The position numbers and the translations under genes are program-made. From NCBI GenBank assembly GCA_044344255.1, contig JBIJDH010000007.1, forward strand, positions 160,001-224,000: a stretch of 64,000 nucleotides of DNA, read 5' to 3'. Below are positions 21,449 through 29,947 of the stretch, one piece after another. This stretch comes from Myxococcota bacterium. Its GTDB lineage: Bacteria > Myxococcota_A > UBA796 > UBA2385. The notes under the pieces are model-generated. The model searched no databases. It saw nothing but the letters and a program-made list of their open reading frames with translations, and was not told where the DNA came from. How positions within the stretch are numbered: the first letter of the stretch is position 1; each line of letters starts with the position of its first letter.

Positions 21449-22768
21449 TTGTCTCCCTCCCCGAGCGCCGTGATCATCCCCGCCCTCCTCTCCGGCGGCG
21501 CGGGGAGCCGGCTTTGGCCTCTGTCGCGCGAGCGGTTCCCGAAGCAGCTGCTCCCTCTGCTCGGCGAGCGAACGCTGCTCCAGGAGGCGCTGCGCCGCGT
21601 CTCGGACCGCTCCCGCTACGCGGCGCCGATCGTCGTCGGGAATGAAGAGCTGCGCTTTGTCCTCGCCGAGCAGGTCCGCCAGGAGGCGCAGGGGCCGGTC
21701 ACCATCGCGCTCGAGCCCTTGGGCCGGAACACCGCCGCCGCCACCGCCGCCGCCGCGCTCTTGGCGGCTCGCGAGCACCCGGACGGGCTCCTCCTCGTCC
21801 TGCCCGCCGATCAGCTCGTCCGCGATCTCTCCGCCTTTCACGCCGCCGTGGACGCGGCGGTGCGGGAGGCGCTCGCGGGGAGGCTCGTCGCCTTCGGCGC
21901 GGTGGGCGAGGGCACCTCGGAGGGCGCGATCGGCGGCAGCGGCATGTACCTCCTGCCGATCGTCCCCTTCCTCCGGGAGCTCGAGGCGCGGGCCCCCGCC
22001 GTGCTCTCCGCCGTCGCCGCCTCCGTGTCGGCCGGCCGCACCGACCTCGACTTCTTCCGCCTCGACCCCATGGCCTTCGCGCTCGCCCCCGCGCTGTCGC
22101 TCGACGAGGCCGTCCTCGACGACAACCCGCTCAGCCGCCGACAGCCCCCGGTGCCGGGGTGCCGGGCGGTGGGCTCCTGGGCCTCGCTCTGGGAGGAGGG
22201 CGACAAGGACGCCGATGGCAACGTCGTCCTCGGCGATGCGCTGGCGATGGACTCTCGGGGCTCGTACGTGCGCTCCGAAGACCGCCTCACCGCCGTCATC
22301 GGCGTGGACGACCTCGTCGTCATCACCACCGAGGACGCCGTCCTCGTCGCCCCCCGCGCCCGCGCCGATGAGGTGCGCCAGGTCGCCCTCGAGCTGAAGG
22401 GCCGTGGTCGCGGCGAGGTGGAGCAGCACCCGAAGGTGCACCGCCCCTGGGGCACCTACCAGGGCCTGCACGGCGGTGAGCGGCACCAGGTCAAGTGCCT
22501 GACGATCAAGCCGGGGGCCCGCATCTCGTTGCAGCGCCACTTCCACCGCGCCGAACACTGGGTGGTGGTCAAGGGCACCGCGCTCGTCACGCGCGGCGAA
22601 GAGCAGAGCCTCGTCTACGAGAACCAGTCCATCTACATCCCGATGGGGACGCTCCACCGCCTGGAGAACCCGGGCCGGGTTCCCCTCGAGATCATCGAGG
22701 TCCAGTCCGGGAGCTACCTGGGGGAGGACGACATCGTTCGTGTGGACGACGCTTACGGCCGCTCCTGA
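21449..22768 (+). CDS. manC: ManC-like mannose-1-P guanylyltransferase/mannose-6-P isomerase with degenerate transferase domain
   Basis: SGGAGSRLWPLSR..PKQ; LEPLGRNTA; intact cupin RPWG..SLQRH.HRAEHWVVV..HRLENPG..EVQSG.YLGEDDIVR; lacks GYGYI, FVEKP and WSD; start uncertain (TTG 21449 or GTG 21470). Confidence 0.8.
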   Translation: MSPSPSAVIIPALLSGGAGSRLWPLSRERFPKQLLPLLGERTLLQEALRRVSDRSRYAAPIVVGNEELRFVLAEQVRQEAQGPVTIALEPLGRNTAAATAAAALLAAREHPDGLLLVLPADQLVRDLSAFHAAVDAAVREALAGRLVAFGAVGEGTSEGAIGGSGMYLLPIVPFLRELEARAPAVLSAVAASVSAGRTDLDFFRLDPMAFALAPALSLDEAVLDDNPLSRRQPPVPGCRAVGSWASLWEEGDKDADGNVVLGDALAMDSRGSYVRSEDRLTAVIGVDDLVVITTEDAVLVAPRARADEVRQVALELKGRGRGEVEQHPKVHRPWGTYQGLHGGERHQVKCLTIKPGARISLQRHFHRAEHWVVVKGTALVTRGEEQSLVYENQSIYIPMGTLHRLENPGRVPLEIIEVQSGSYLGEDDIVRVDDAYGRS

Positions 22769-22792
22769 GGCCCCGCGCCCCGCGGCCGCCGC

Positions 22793-23032
22793 TCAGCGGG
22801 CGAGGGGAGCGTCGGGCAGGGCGTCTTCGACCGCGTGCAGGATCGTGCGCTCGTCGGGGAAGCCGCTCTCGGTCTTCTCGGCGACCTTCACGCCGGCCAC
22901 CCAAACGGTGAACTCGCCGCGGTCACCAGGGGTGAGGCGGGTCTCGACGTCAAGCTCTTCGAGGATGAGGGCCGCCACACGGGCCGCCCGGGGTTTGTAG
23001 TTTCAAGACAGACAGTAACGAATCTCGATCAC
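22793..23032 (-). CDS. Rdx-family (SelW/SelT/SelH-like) selenoprotein with CxxU motif
   Basis: Reads MIEIRYCLS-U(TGA 23005-23003)-NYKPRAARVAALI...PGDRGEFTVWVAG..V.EK..GFPDE; GGAGG RBS upstream of GTG 23032; the ORF track shows only the post-UGA half. Confidence 0.88.
22969..22989 (-). promoter_or_regulatory. Putative bacterial SECIS hairpin
   Basis: mRNA GGGCGGCC-CGUGU-GGCGGCCC starting 13 nt after the UGA; 7 of 8 stem positions pair; GU in the apical loop. Confidence 0.6.
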
Positions 23033-23048
23033 GTGCACCTCCCCCGGG

Positions 23049-23076
23049 AGGGTATTCCCGAAGGAGGGCGCGTCAA
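23049..23076 (-). promoter_or_regulatory. Putative sigma70 promoter for the selenoprotein gene (TTGACG-N16-TACCCT)
   Basis: Near-consensus -35 and TAnnnT -10 just upstream of the RBS. Confidence 0.5.
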
Positions 23077-23107
23077 GCCGCAGCGGGGTTCATGAGGCTG
23101 GGCGAGC

Positions 23108-24859
23108 TCAAGGCGCGGAGAGGGCGGCCTCTACGAGCAGGCGCCGCTCGGCGGCGTGCGTGAGGAGCGCCTCCTGAGCGCTCTCCCAGGCGGCCTCGTC
23201 GGTGAGCAGCGTGCTGCCGCTCACCTCGCCGCCGTCGCCGAAGAGGGCGGGCTGGACCAGGGCGCTGAGCTCGGCGGTGCGGGTGGACAGGCTGTCCTCG
23301 GCGTAGGCCCCCTCGACGGCGAGGGCGAGGGCGTCTTGGTAGGCCTGCCCGTAGACCGCGTCGTCAAGCAGGTAGCGGATGAGCGGCCAGTCGTCGGTCA
23401 CCGTCTCGTGGAGGATCGCGGTCTCTCCCATGAGGCTGTCCTGGAGCGACAGGTTGTGGTCCCAGGGGATCCAGGTCAGTCGGCCGCCCTCGTCGGGCGC
23501 CCCGTACAAGTAGAAATTGTGGGCGAGGCCGCCGTAGGTGTCCCAGTTCTCGATGGCGGTGTTCACGGCGTACCACCGCAAGAACCCTTCGACGTCAAAG
23601 GTGGCCTCGAGGCCGGCCCGCCAGGCGCCGGCGTCGCTGCGATCGGCCGTGAGCGCGGCCTGGAAGGCGATGACGTCGCTGTAGTCGGCCTCCTCCTCGT
23701 TCGTCTTCTTCTCGAAGCTGGCCTCGTCGAAGCAACCCAGGTCTGCGCAGTCACCGTCGGGCTTGTAGAGGTTGCCGCTGTCGTCGCCGAAGACGGTGTC
23801 CATCATCTCGTCGGAGGGGTCCTCGGTGGCGGTGTACAGCCCGAGATAGGCGGGGCCCTCGCCGGAGTCCAGATAGACCTGATAGAAGGCGCTGCGGGCC
23901 ACGGGGATCCCGCGATCGGCCAGGATCTCGCTGGCGAGCACCTCTCGAATGAGGGTGTCGTCGCCCTGACCGTTGCCGAAGACCAGCTCCTTGAACCCGA
24001 AGAAGCGCTGATCTTCGATCTCGGGGTGCTCGTCTTCGTAGTGGTCGAAGTGGAGGCGGAAGGGGAGCTTGTTGACGCCGAGGCCCCAGGTCTGGCTCAA
24101 GGTGGCGTTGCCCTTGTAGCGCATGCCGACGCTGCACCAGCGCTCGCCGTCGACCTCGACGAGGGCGGGTACGTAGGAGGGATCTCCGCTCAGGAGGTCG
24201 GTGGCGCCGCCCTCTCCACCCCCACCGTCGGGGGGGCCGCCGCCGCCGTCGTCGGGGATACACCAGAGGGCGCCGTCGGTGCCCGTGTCACAGGTGCCAT
24301 CGACGGGGGTGCCGCCCATGTCCAGGGTGCAGGGGTCTCCCGCGCTCAGCCCCTCGCAGGCCGCGGTCATCGCCGCCACCACCTCCTCGGGGGGCTCGCC
24401 ACCGCCGCCACCGCCGCCGCCGCCGCCGCCTGCGTCTTCACCCGCGCCGAAGGCCGTGCCGGTGAGCGTCTCGAGCTCGGCGTACATCGACGCCTGGCTC
24501 TCGGCGTCGATGCGGAGGGTGACGGTGTGGAGGACGCTGAGGTCAAAGACGGCGTCGTAGTCGGGGGGGCCGGCCTTGCCGTGCGTCTCGTCGGCCCAGC
24601 CCTGGGGCCGATCCCCGTCGAGGGTACAATCGGCGACGCTGGCGCCGTCTCCTGCTCCGCTCCCGCTGCCGGTGTCACCGTCACTCCCGCCGCTGTCTTC
24701 GGCGTCCCCGCCGCCCCCTGCCTTGGCGCTCGAGTCGGCGCAGCCCAACGCCAACAGGCTGAGGAGGCAGAGCGGAGCCAAGCGCGCCGAAGAAGCGGTA
24801 GGAGGTGACCAAGAGGTGTGTGTGGGAGTGCAGGAGATCGGTCGGAGCGGGGAGCGCAT
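23108..24859 (-). CDS. CotH-family kinase lipoprotein
   Basis: Lipobox ALGC; VGMRYKGN..KLPFRLHFD; RFFGFKEL; IREVLA; YLGLY; NWDTY..HNFYLY; WIPWDHN. Confidence 0.88.
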   Translation of the reverse strand: MRSPLRPISCTPTHTSWSPPTASSARLAPLCLLSLLALGCADSSAKAGGGGDAEDSGGSDGDTGSGSGAGDGASVADCTLDGDRPQGWADETHGKAGPPDYDAVFDLSVLHTVTLRIDAESQASMYAELETLTGTAFGAGEDAGGGGGGGGGGGEPPEEVVAAMTAACEGLSAGDPCTLDMGGTPVDGTCDTGTDGALWCIPDDGGGGPPDGGGGEGGATDLLSGDPSYVPALVEVDGERWCSVGMRYKGNATLSQTWGLGVNKLPFRLHFDHYEDEHPEIEDQRFFGFKELVFGNGQGDDTLIREVLASEILADRGIPVARSAFYQVYLDSGEGPAYLGLYTATEDPSDEMMDTVFGDDSGNLYKPDGDCADLGCFDEASFEKKTNEEEADYSDVIAFQAALTADRSDAGAWRAGLEATFDVEGFLRWYAVNTAIENWDTYGGLAHNFYLYGAPDEGGRLTWIPWDHNLSLQDSLMGETAILHETVTDDWPLIRYLLDDAVYGQAYQDALALAVEGAYAEDSLSTRTAELSALVQPALFGDGGEVSGSTLLTDEAAWESAQEALLTHAAERRLLVEAALSAP

Positions 24860-24942
24860 GTTCACCTCGTGCCCCCTCAACGCGGCGCGCGTCGGAACCT
24901 GGAGGGCCTGGAGTGAGAATTGTGCGGCCGGCCGTGGGGCCC

Positions 24943-25923
24943 TCAGGCGGGGGTCGGCTCACGCCCCTCACGCAGCGCGCGGAGGCCCCGCTCGACGAAG
25001 TGGCGGGCCATCTGCCGGCGCCACGTGGGATCTCCGGCGACGGAGCCCTGGGGGCGGGTGCGCTTGTGCACCCGCTCGCCGATAGCCTGCACGGTGTCCT
25101 CGTCGAGCGGCCGCCCGAAGAAGTCGGACAGGCCGGCGATCGGCTTCGGCTGCGGGTTCACAGCGCCGATGACGACCTCGAGGGCGGCGAGCGACTCGCC
25201 CTCCATCCGGCCGATGATGGCCACCCCGACCTGCGGGAAGTCAATCGCGCCGCGCGTGCGGAGCTTTTGATAGGAGCCTCGGCTGCCCTTCGGTTGGGCG
25301 GGCACCACCACCTCGGTGAGCAGCTCGCCCTTTTGGAGGGCGAGGTGGTCCATCCCGTTGAACCGATAGAGGTCGCGGAGTGCGAGCTCTCGGTGGCCGG
25401 CGGGGCCGAGCAGGCGGATCCGGGCGTCGAGGGCGAGCAGCACCGGCACGGTGTCACTGGACTGGCTGGCCACGCAGGTCTTTGGGCCGTTGACGACGTG
25501 GCACCAGTCCCCCTCCGCCTTCAGGCAGTGGCCGAGGGCCTGTCGCCAGAAGGCGGTCTGGTTGTAGAAGAGGCAGCGGGTGTCGAGCAGGATGTTCCCG
25601 CCGAGGGTGCCCATGTTGCGGATCTGCGGCCCCGCTACGAGGCCGGCGGCGGTGGCGAGGGGGCCGAGCACGGGCTCGCGGGCCAGGGCCGAGAGGCGGG
25701 TGCCGGCCCCGATGACCCACTCCCCGCGCTCCTGGCCGAGGCCGCGGGTGAGCGCGCGGGACAGGCCGATCAGGCGCTTAGGTTGGAAGATGCGGTGCTT
25801 CAGGTTGGGCAGGAGGTCGGTGCCTCCGGCCACGTACATCGCTTCGCCGTCGTCGCCGAAGCGCTCCACCGCCTCCTCGGGGCTGAGGGCGGACTGAAAG
25901 GTGAAGCCGTCCATCCTCAACAT
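24943..25923 (-). CDS. Xanthine-dehydrogenase-family FAD subunit with Cys insert (4-hydroxybenzoyl-CoA reductase beta-like)
   Basis: AGGTDL; QIRNMGTLGGN; Cys cluster TRC.FYNQ...C.K..GD.C......C; RGAIDF. Confidence 0.85.
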   Translation of the reverse strand: MLRMDGFTFQSALSPEEAVERFGDDGEAMYVAGGTDLLPNLKHRIFQPKRLIGLSRALTRGLGQERGEWVIGAGTRLSALAREPVLGPLATAAGLVAGPQIRNMGTLGGNILLDTRCLFYNQTAFWRQALGHCLKAEGDWCHVVNGPKTCVASQSSDTVPVLLALDARIRLLGPAGHRELALRDLYRFNGMDHLALQKGELLTEVVVPAQPKGSRGSYQKLRTRGAIDFPQVGVAIIGRMEGESLAALEVVIGAVNPQPKPIAGLSDFFGRPLDEDTVQAIGERVHKRTRPQGSVAGDPTWRRQMARHFVERGLRALREGREPTPA

Positions 25924-28760
25924 GAGGCCGCTCCTGCCTGCTCGGCCCGCGCGCGGATGGCCGCCAGGACGACGTCGGGGGTGAAGGGGAGGCGCCGGAG
26001 CCGCACGCCCACGGCGTCGAAGATCGCGTTGGCGATCGCGGGGATGATGGGGTGGAGGGGGCCCTCGCCCGCCTCCTTGGCCCCATACGGCCCGCCGGGG
26101 TCTATCGTCTCGACGATTCGGGCCAGGATGTCGGGCGTCTCGACGCTGGTGGGGATTCGGTAGTCGAGGAGGTTCGGCCCGGTGTGGAGGCCGCGGGAGT
26201 CAAAGACCTGCGCCTCCATCAGGGCCTCGGCGTAGCCCATGTAGACGGAGCCCTCGATCTGCCCCTCGACGAGGAGGGGGTTGAGCGCTCGCCCGCAGTC
26301 GTGGGCCACCCAGACGCGCTCGACCTTGACGATGCCCGTCTCGGGGTCGACCGTGACCTCGGCCACATGGGCGGTGGTGGAGTAGGCGGGCGAGGCGCCG
26401 ATGGTGCCGCCGCGGTACTCGCCGCCCACCTCGCGGGTGCGGTAGCCGCCGGTGGTGCCCAGCGTGCCGGTAGCGGCCTCGGCGAGCTGGAGCACCTGCT
26501 GGACGGGGATCTGTCGGCCAGGGTCGCGGCGATCGTACCAGGCGCCGAGGGCGACGCCGATCTGCTCTTCGGGGACCCCCCAGTGGGCGGCGAGGCTCAC
26601 CACCATGCGCTCGCGGAGGGCGCGCCCGGCCTCTTGGGCGGCGATGCCGCACATATAGGTGACCCGCGAGCTGTAGGCGCCGAGGTCGACCGGCGTGAGG
26701 TCGGTGTCATGGCTCACGACGACGATGTCGTCGGGGGGCACCCCTGTCTCTTCGGCGACGATCCAGGTGAGCATCCCGTCCGAACCCTGCCCGATGTCGG
26801 AGGCCCCGCAGAAGATCGTGATCTTCCCGGAGCGGTCTGCACGCAGCTGGACCGCCGACTGGGGCATCTTGTTCGGATAGATTGGATAGGCCGTGCCGGA
26901 GATGTACATCGAGCAGGCCACACCCAGCCCGCGGCCGAAGGGGAGCTTCCCGTGCCGCTCCCGCCACTCGCTGTCTCGCTCAACCACGTCGAGGCACTCG
27001 CGGAGGCCGGTGCTCGGCAGGAGCTGACCGTTCACCGTGCGCTCGCCCGAGACCATCGCGTTTCGGCGTCGGAGCTCGATGGGATCGATGCTCAGCCGCT
27101 CGGCGACCTCGTCGAGGGCGCACTCGAAGGCGAAGCGCGGCTGAACGGAGCCGTGGCCGCGCTTGGGGCCGCAGGTCGGCTTGTTCGTATAGTAGCGTGT
27201 GGCCTTGAAGTGATAGGCCGCGAACTGGACCGGTCCGGTGAGGATCTGCCCCGCGTAGTAGGTGGTGATCATGCCGAAGGAGTGGTAGGCGCCGCCGTCG
27301 ATGCGGATGTCGTTGTCGACGGCGAGCAGCTTGCCGTCGGCGTCGGCGCCGATACGAATCTTCATCTCCATCGGGTGGCGCCCGCGGTGCGCGTAGAAGA
27401 CCTCCTCCCGAGTGTAGAGGATCTTCACCGGTCGACCTGCCTTTCGGGCCAGGTGGGCCACACAGAACTCGAGGTCGAAGGGCTCGGACTTCCCGCCGAA
27501 GGCCCCGCCGAGGGCCGGCTGGATGACGCGGATGTTGGCCTGGGGAACCCCGATGACCTTGGCGAGCTCTCTGTGCAGGTAGTGGGGCACCTGGGTGGCC
27601 GACCAGAGGGTGAGCCGCCCGTCGGGCGACCAGTCGGCGATGGCGCAGTGGGGCTCGATCGGGGCGTGGGTGCTGCCCTCGTAGAAGTACTCGGCGCTCA
27701 CGGTGGTGGTGGCGTCTCGGAAGCCGCCCTCGACGTCCCCGAAGTCGAGGTCGACGGTCTTACACTCGTTGGAGGTGCGCGGGCGGCCCTTCCAATCGAC
27801 GTCGTGGACGAGCGGGGCGCCCTCGGCGGCGGCGGCGTCGAGGCTGAGGACGGCGGGGAGCGGGGCGTACTCGACCTCGATGAGGTCGAGGGCGCGGATC
27901 GCGGTCTCCTCGTCGACCGCGGCCACGGCGGCGACGCCGTCGCCGATGTAGCGCACCTTGTCGGTGCACAGGGCGGTCTCGTCGGGGGTCCAGGGGATGA
28001 CACAATAGGGCGTGGGGAGCTCCGCCCCCGTCATCACGGCGTAGACCCCGGGCAGCGCCTCGGCAGCCCGCGTGTCGACGCTGAGGATGCGGGCGTGGGC
28101 GTGCAGGGAGCGGAGGATGCGCCCGTGGGCCATCCGGGGGAGCGAGATGTCATCGGTGTAGAGCTCGATCCCCACGGCCTTCTTGATGCTGTCCGCCTTA
28201 CGTCCGCGGGCGCCGAGCAGCAGGAAGCCCTCGGCGGGCGGCGAGAGGCGCTGGGGCACCTCCATCCCGCGGCTGCCGGGCTTGCTCTGGCCGTCGAGGT
28301 TGCGGCTGGCGAGGCGCACGGCGTCGAAGATCTTGGTGTAGCCGGTACAACGACAGAGGTTGCCAGACAGGGCCTCTCGCACCTGCCCCTCGTCCGGACA
28401 GGGCTCGCGGCTGAGCAATGCCGCCGTCGAGCACATCATGCCCGGCTGGCAGAAGCCGCATTGGAGGGCGCCGGCCACGTCGAAGGCGCGGGGGATCAGC
28501 GGGGAGAGGCCCTCGACGGTGGTGATCTGCGCCCCCTCGCAGGCGGCGGCGAGGGTGCAGCAGGCGAGCACAGGCTCTCCGCCGAGGAGCACCGTACACG
28601 CGCCGCAGTCGCCCTTGTCGCAGCCCTGCTTTGTGCCGGTGAGGCGGATCTTGTAACGAAGCGCCTCGAGGAGGGTCCAGGTAGGGGGGACCAGGATCTC
28701 GTGTTCGTCGCCATTGACGTGCAGGGTCACGCGGGCTTGGGGGGGCGGGCGTACGGTCAT
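25917..28760 (-). CDS. Fused 2x[2Fe-2S] + molybdopterin subunit, xanthine dehydrogenase family (HcrC-HcrA-like)
   Basis: GTKQGCDKGDCGAC; QCGFC; NLCRCTGY; then GGAFGGK, RGHG, DIGQG, YSSR, GQIEG, GAKEAGE in one ORF. Confidence 0.88.
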   Translation of the reverse strand: MTVRPPPQARVTLHVNGDEHEILVPPTWTLLEALRYKIRLTGTKQGCDKGDCGACTVLLGGEPVLACCTLAAACEGAQITTVEGLSPLIPRAFDVAGALQCGFCQPGMMCSTAALLSREPCPDEGQVREALSGNLCRCTGYTKIFDAVRLASRNLDGQSKPGSRGMEVPQRLSPPAEGFLLLGARGRKADSIKKAVGIELYTDDISLPRMAHGRILRSLHAHARILSVDTRAAEALPGVYAVMTGAELPTPYCVIPWTPDETALCTDKVRYIGDGVAAVAAVDEETAIRALDLIEVEYAPLPAVLSLDAAAAEGAPLVHDVDWKGRPRTSNECKTVDLDFGDVEGGFRDATTTVSAEYFYEGSTHAPIEPHCAIADWSPDGRLTLWSATQVPHYLHRELAKVIGVPQANIRVIQPALGGAFGGKSEPFDLEFCVAHLARKAGRPVKILYTREEVFYAHRGRHPMEMKIRIGADADGKLLAVDNDIRIDGGAYHSFGMITTYYAGQILTGPVQFAAYHFKATRYYTNKPTCGPKRGHGSVQPRFAFECALDEVAERLSIDPIELRRRNAMVSGERTVNGQLLPSTGLRECLDVVERDSEWRERHGKLPFGRGLGVACSMYISGTAYPIYPNKMPQSAVQLRADRSGKITIFCGASDIGQGSDGMLTWIVAEETGVPPDDIVVVSHDTDLTPVDLGAYSSRVTYMCGIAAQEAGRALRERMVVSLAAHWGVPEEQIGVALGAWYDRRDPGRQIPVQQVLQLAEAATGTLGTTGGYRTREVGGEYRGGTIGASPAYSTTAHVAEVTVDPETGIVKVERVWVAHDCGRALNPLLVEGQIEGSVYMGYAEALMEAQVFDSRGLHTGPNLLDYRIPTSVETPDILARIVETIDPGGPYGAKEAGEGPLHPIIPAIANAIFDAVGVRLRRLPFTPDVVLAAIRARAEQAGAASC

Positions 28761-28834
28761 GGGCTCTCCGGCTGCGCCCCTTAACTTGCCGGTCTTGCTG
28801 CGGATGAGGGGCCCAGCCGGTTAGGCCCGGGCGG

Positions 28835-29923
28835 ATGTCGCTCCACCGCCATGGTCCGCTGACGCGCCGCACCGCCCGCACCCTCGCCTGCTGCCTCGCG
28901 GCGGCCTTCCTCCTGGCCTGCCCAAAGGACGAGGACATCGGCGGCTCGGAGGCCTCGGCGCCGGTCACCGGCCTCGTGCTCCCAGAGACGCCCGGCCTCG
29001 TCGCCCACCTGGAGTACACCGGGCCGGAGCGTCGCTACGTCGGCCCCGCCCGGCTGCGCTTCAAGGGGGACCGCGCGCCCTTCGAGGTCGAGGTCGAGGA
29101 CTTCGATCAGGCCGAGACCTTCGTGTTCCACCTCGAGTCCGAGGCCCCCGCCCGCTTCGGCGCCGCCGAGGGGGTGCGCGGCACGGACTCCGGCAGCTGG
29201 CTCCGCGAGAAGGGCCGCCTGCTCGCTAACATCGAGCGGACGCTCCCCGACGGATCGAAGGCCCGCTTCATCCTCACCGCCAACCTGATCCCGGCGCCGA
29301 TCGCCGCCCCCGACAAGCGCTGGCCCGCCGGGACGACGCTCTATTACGGTCGCTCCTACGACGATAAGCCCATCACAAAAGTGGTGCCGATGGCGCTCAC
29401 CGCCAAGGTGGGCACGGTGAGCGACGGGAGCCGGGTCCTCAAGTGGAAGGCCGATCTCGATCCCGCGACCCAACAGACCATCACCGGGGAGCTCACGGTG
29501 TCGGGGCGGCGGCTGATCCCCGCGGCGCTGGTCGAGAAGGGAGAGCGGCACGAAGACCGCTTCGATCGCGGCGAAGAGGTGACCGACGCCACCAGCCTCT
29601 TCCTCTCCCGCGCCGTGCTCCGTAACCTCCAGCGGTACGGCGGCTCGGCCTGGCACGACGTCGAGGTCTGCCCGAAGGGGGTGATGGTGCGCCATCAGTC
29701 GCTCGAGGTGCTGGTGCAGGCCGATGACGCGGTCTGGCGGATCCCCGCCCTCGTGGGCACCGCTTGCGAGGGGAGGGCGATCTACGTGATCACCGATGAC
29801 CCCGTCGATCCGCTGCTGCTCAGCGTCTCCCGCCCCGGCTACCAGATGAAGCTGATGGCCGTGGGGCGGCCGGTCACCGATCCCGGGGCCGCCAAGGCGG
29901 GCTCAGACCAACCGAAGCCTTAG
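28835..29923 (+). CDS. Hypothetical lipoprotein
   Basis: Lipobox LLAC after an Arg-rich N-region; high GC3. Confidence 0.7.
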   Translation: MSLHRHGPLTRRTARTLACCLAAAFLLACPKDEDIGGSEASAPVTGLVLPETPGLVAHLEYTGPERRYVGPARLRFKGDRAPFEVEVEDFDQAETFVFHLESEAPARFGAAEGVRGTDSGSWLREKGRLLANIERTLPDGSKARFILTANLIPAPIAAPDKRWPAGTTLYYGRSYDDKPITKVVPMALTAKVGTVSDGSRVLKWKADLDPATQQTITGELTVSGRRLIPAALVEKGERHEDRFDRGEEVTDATSLFLSRAVLRNLQRYGGSAWHDVEVCPKGVMVRHQSLEVLVQADDAVWRIPALVGTACEGRAIYVITDDPVDPLLLSVSRPGYQMKLMAVGRPVTDPGAAKAGSDQPKP

Positions 29924-29947
29924 ACCACCCGTAGCCTTAGACCACCC
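29916..29947. repeat. 15-bp direct repeat AGCCTTAGACCACCC x2 at a convergent gene junction
   Basis: Copies at 29916-29930 and 29933-29947. Confidence 0.85.

Noticed and set aside
26052..28784. 910-aa plus-strand ORF
   Set aside because: Antisense shadow of the molybdoenzyme gene
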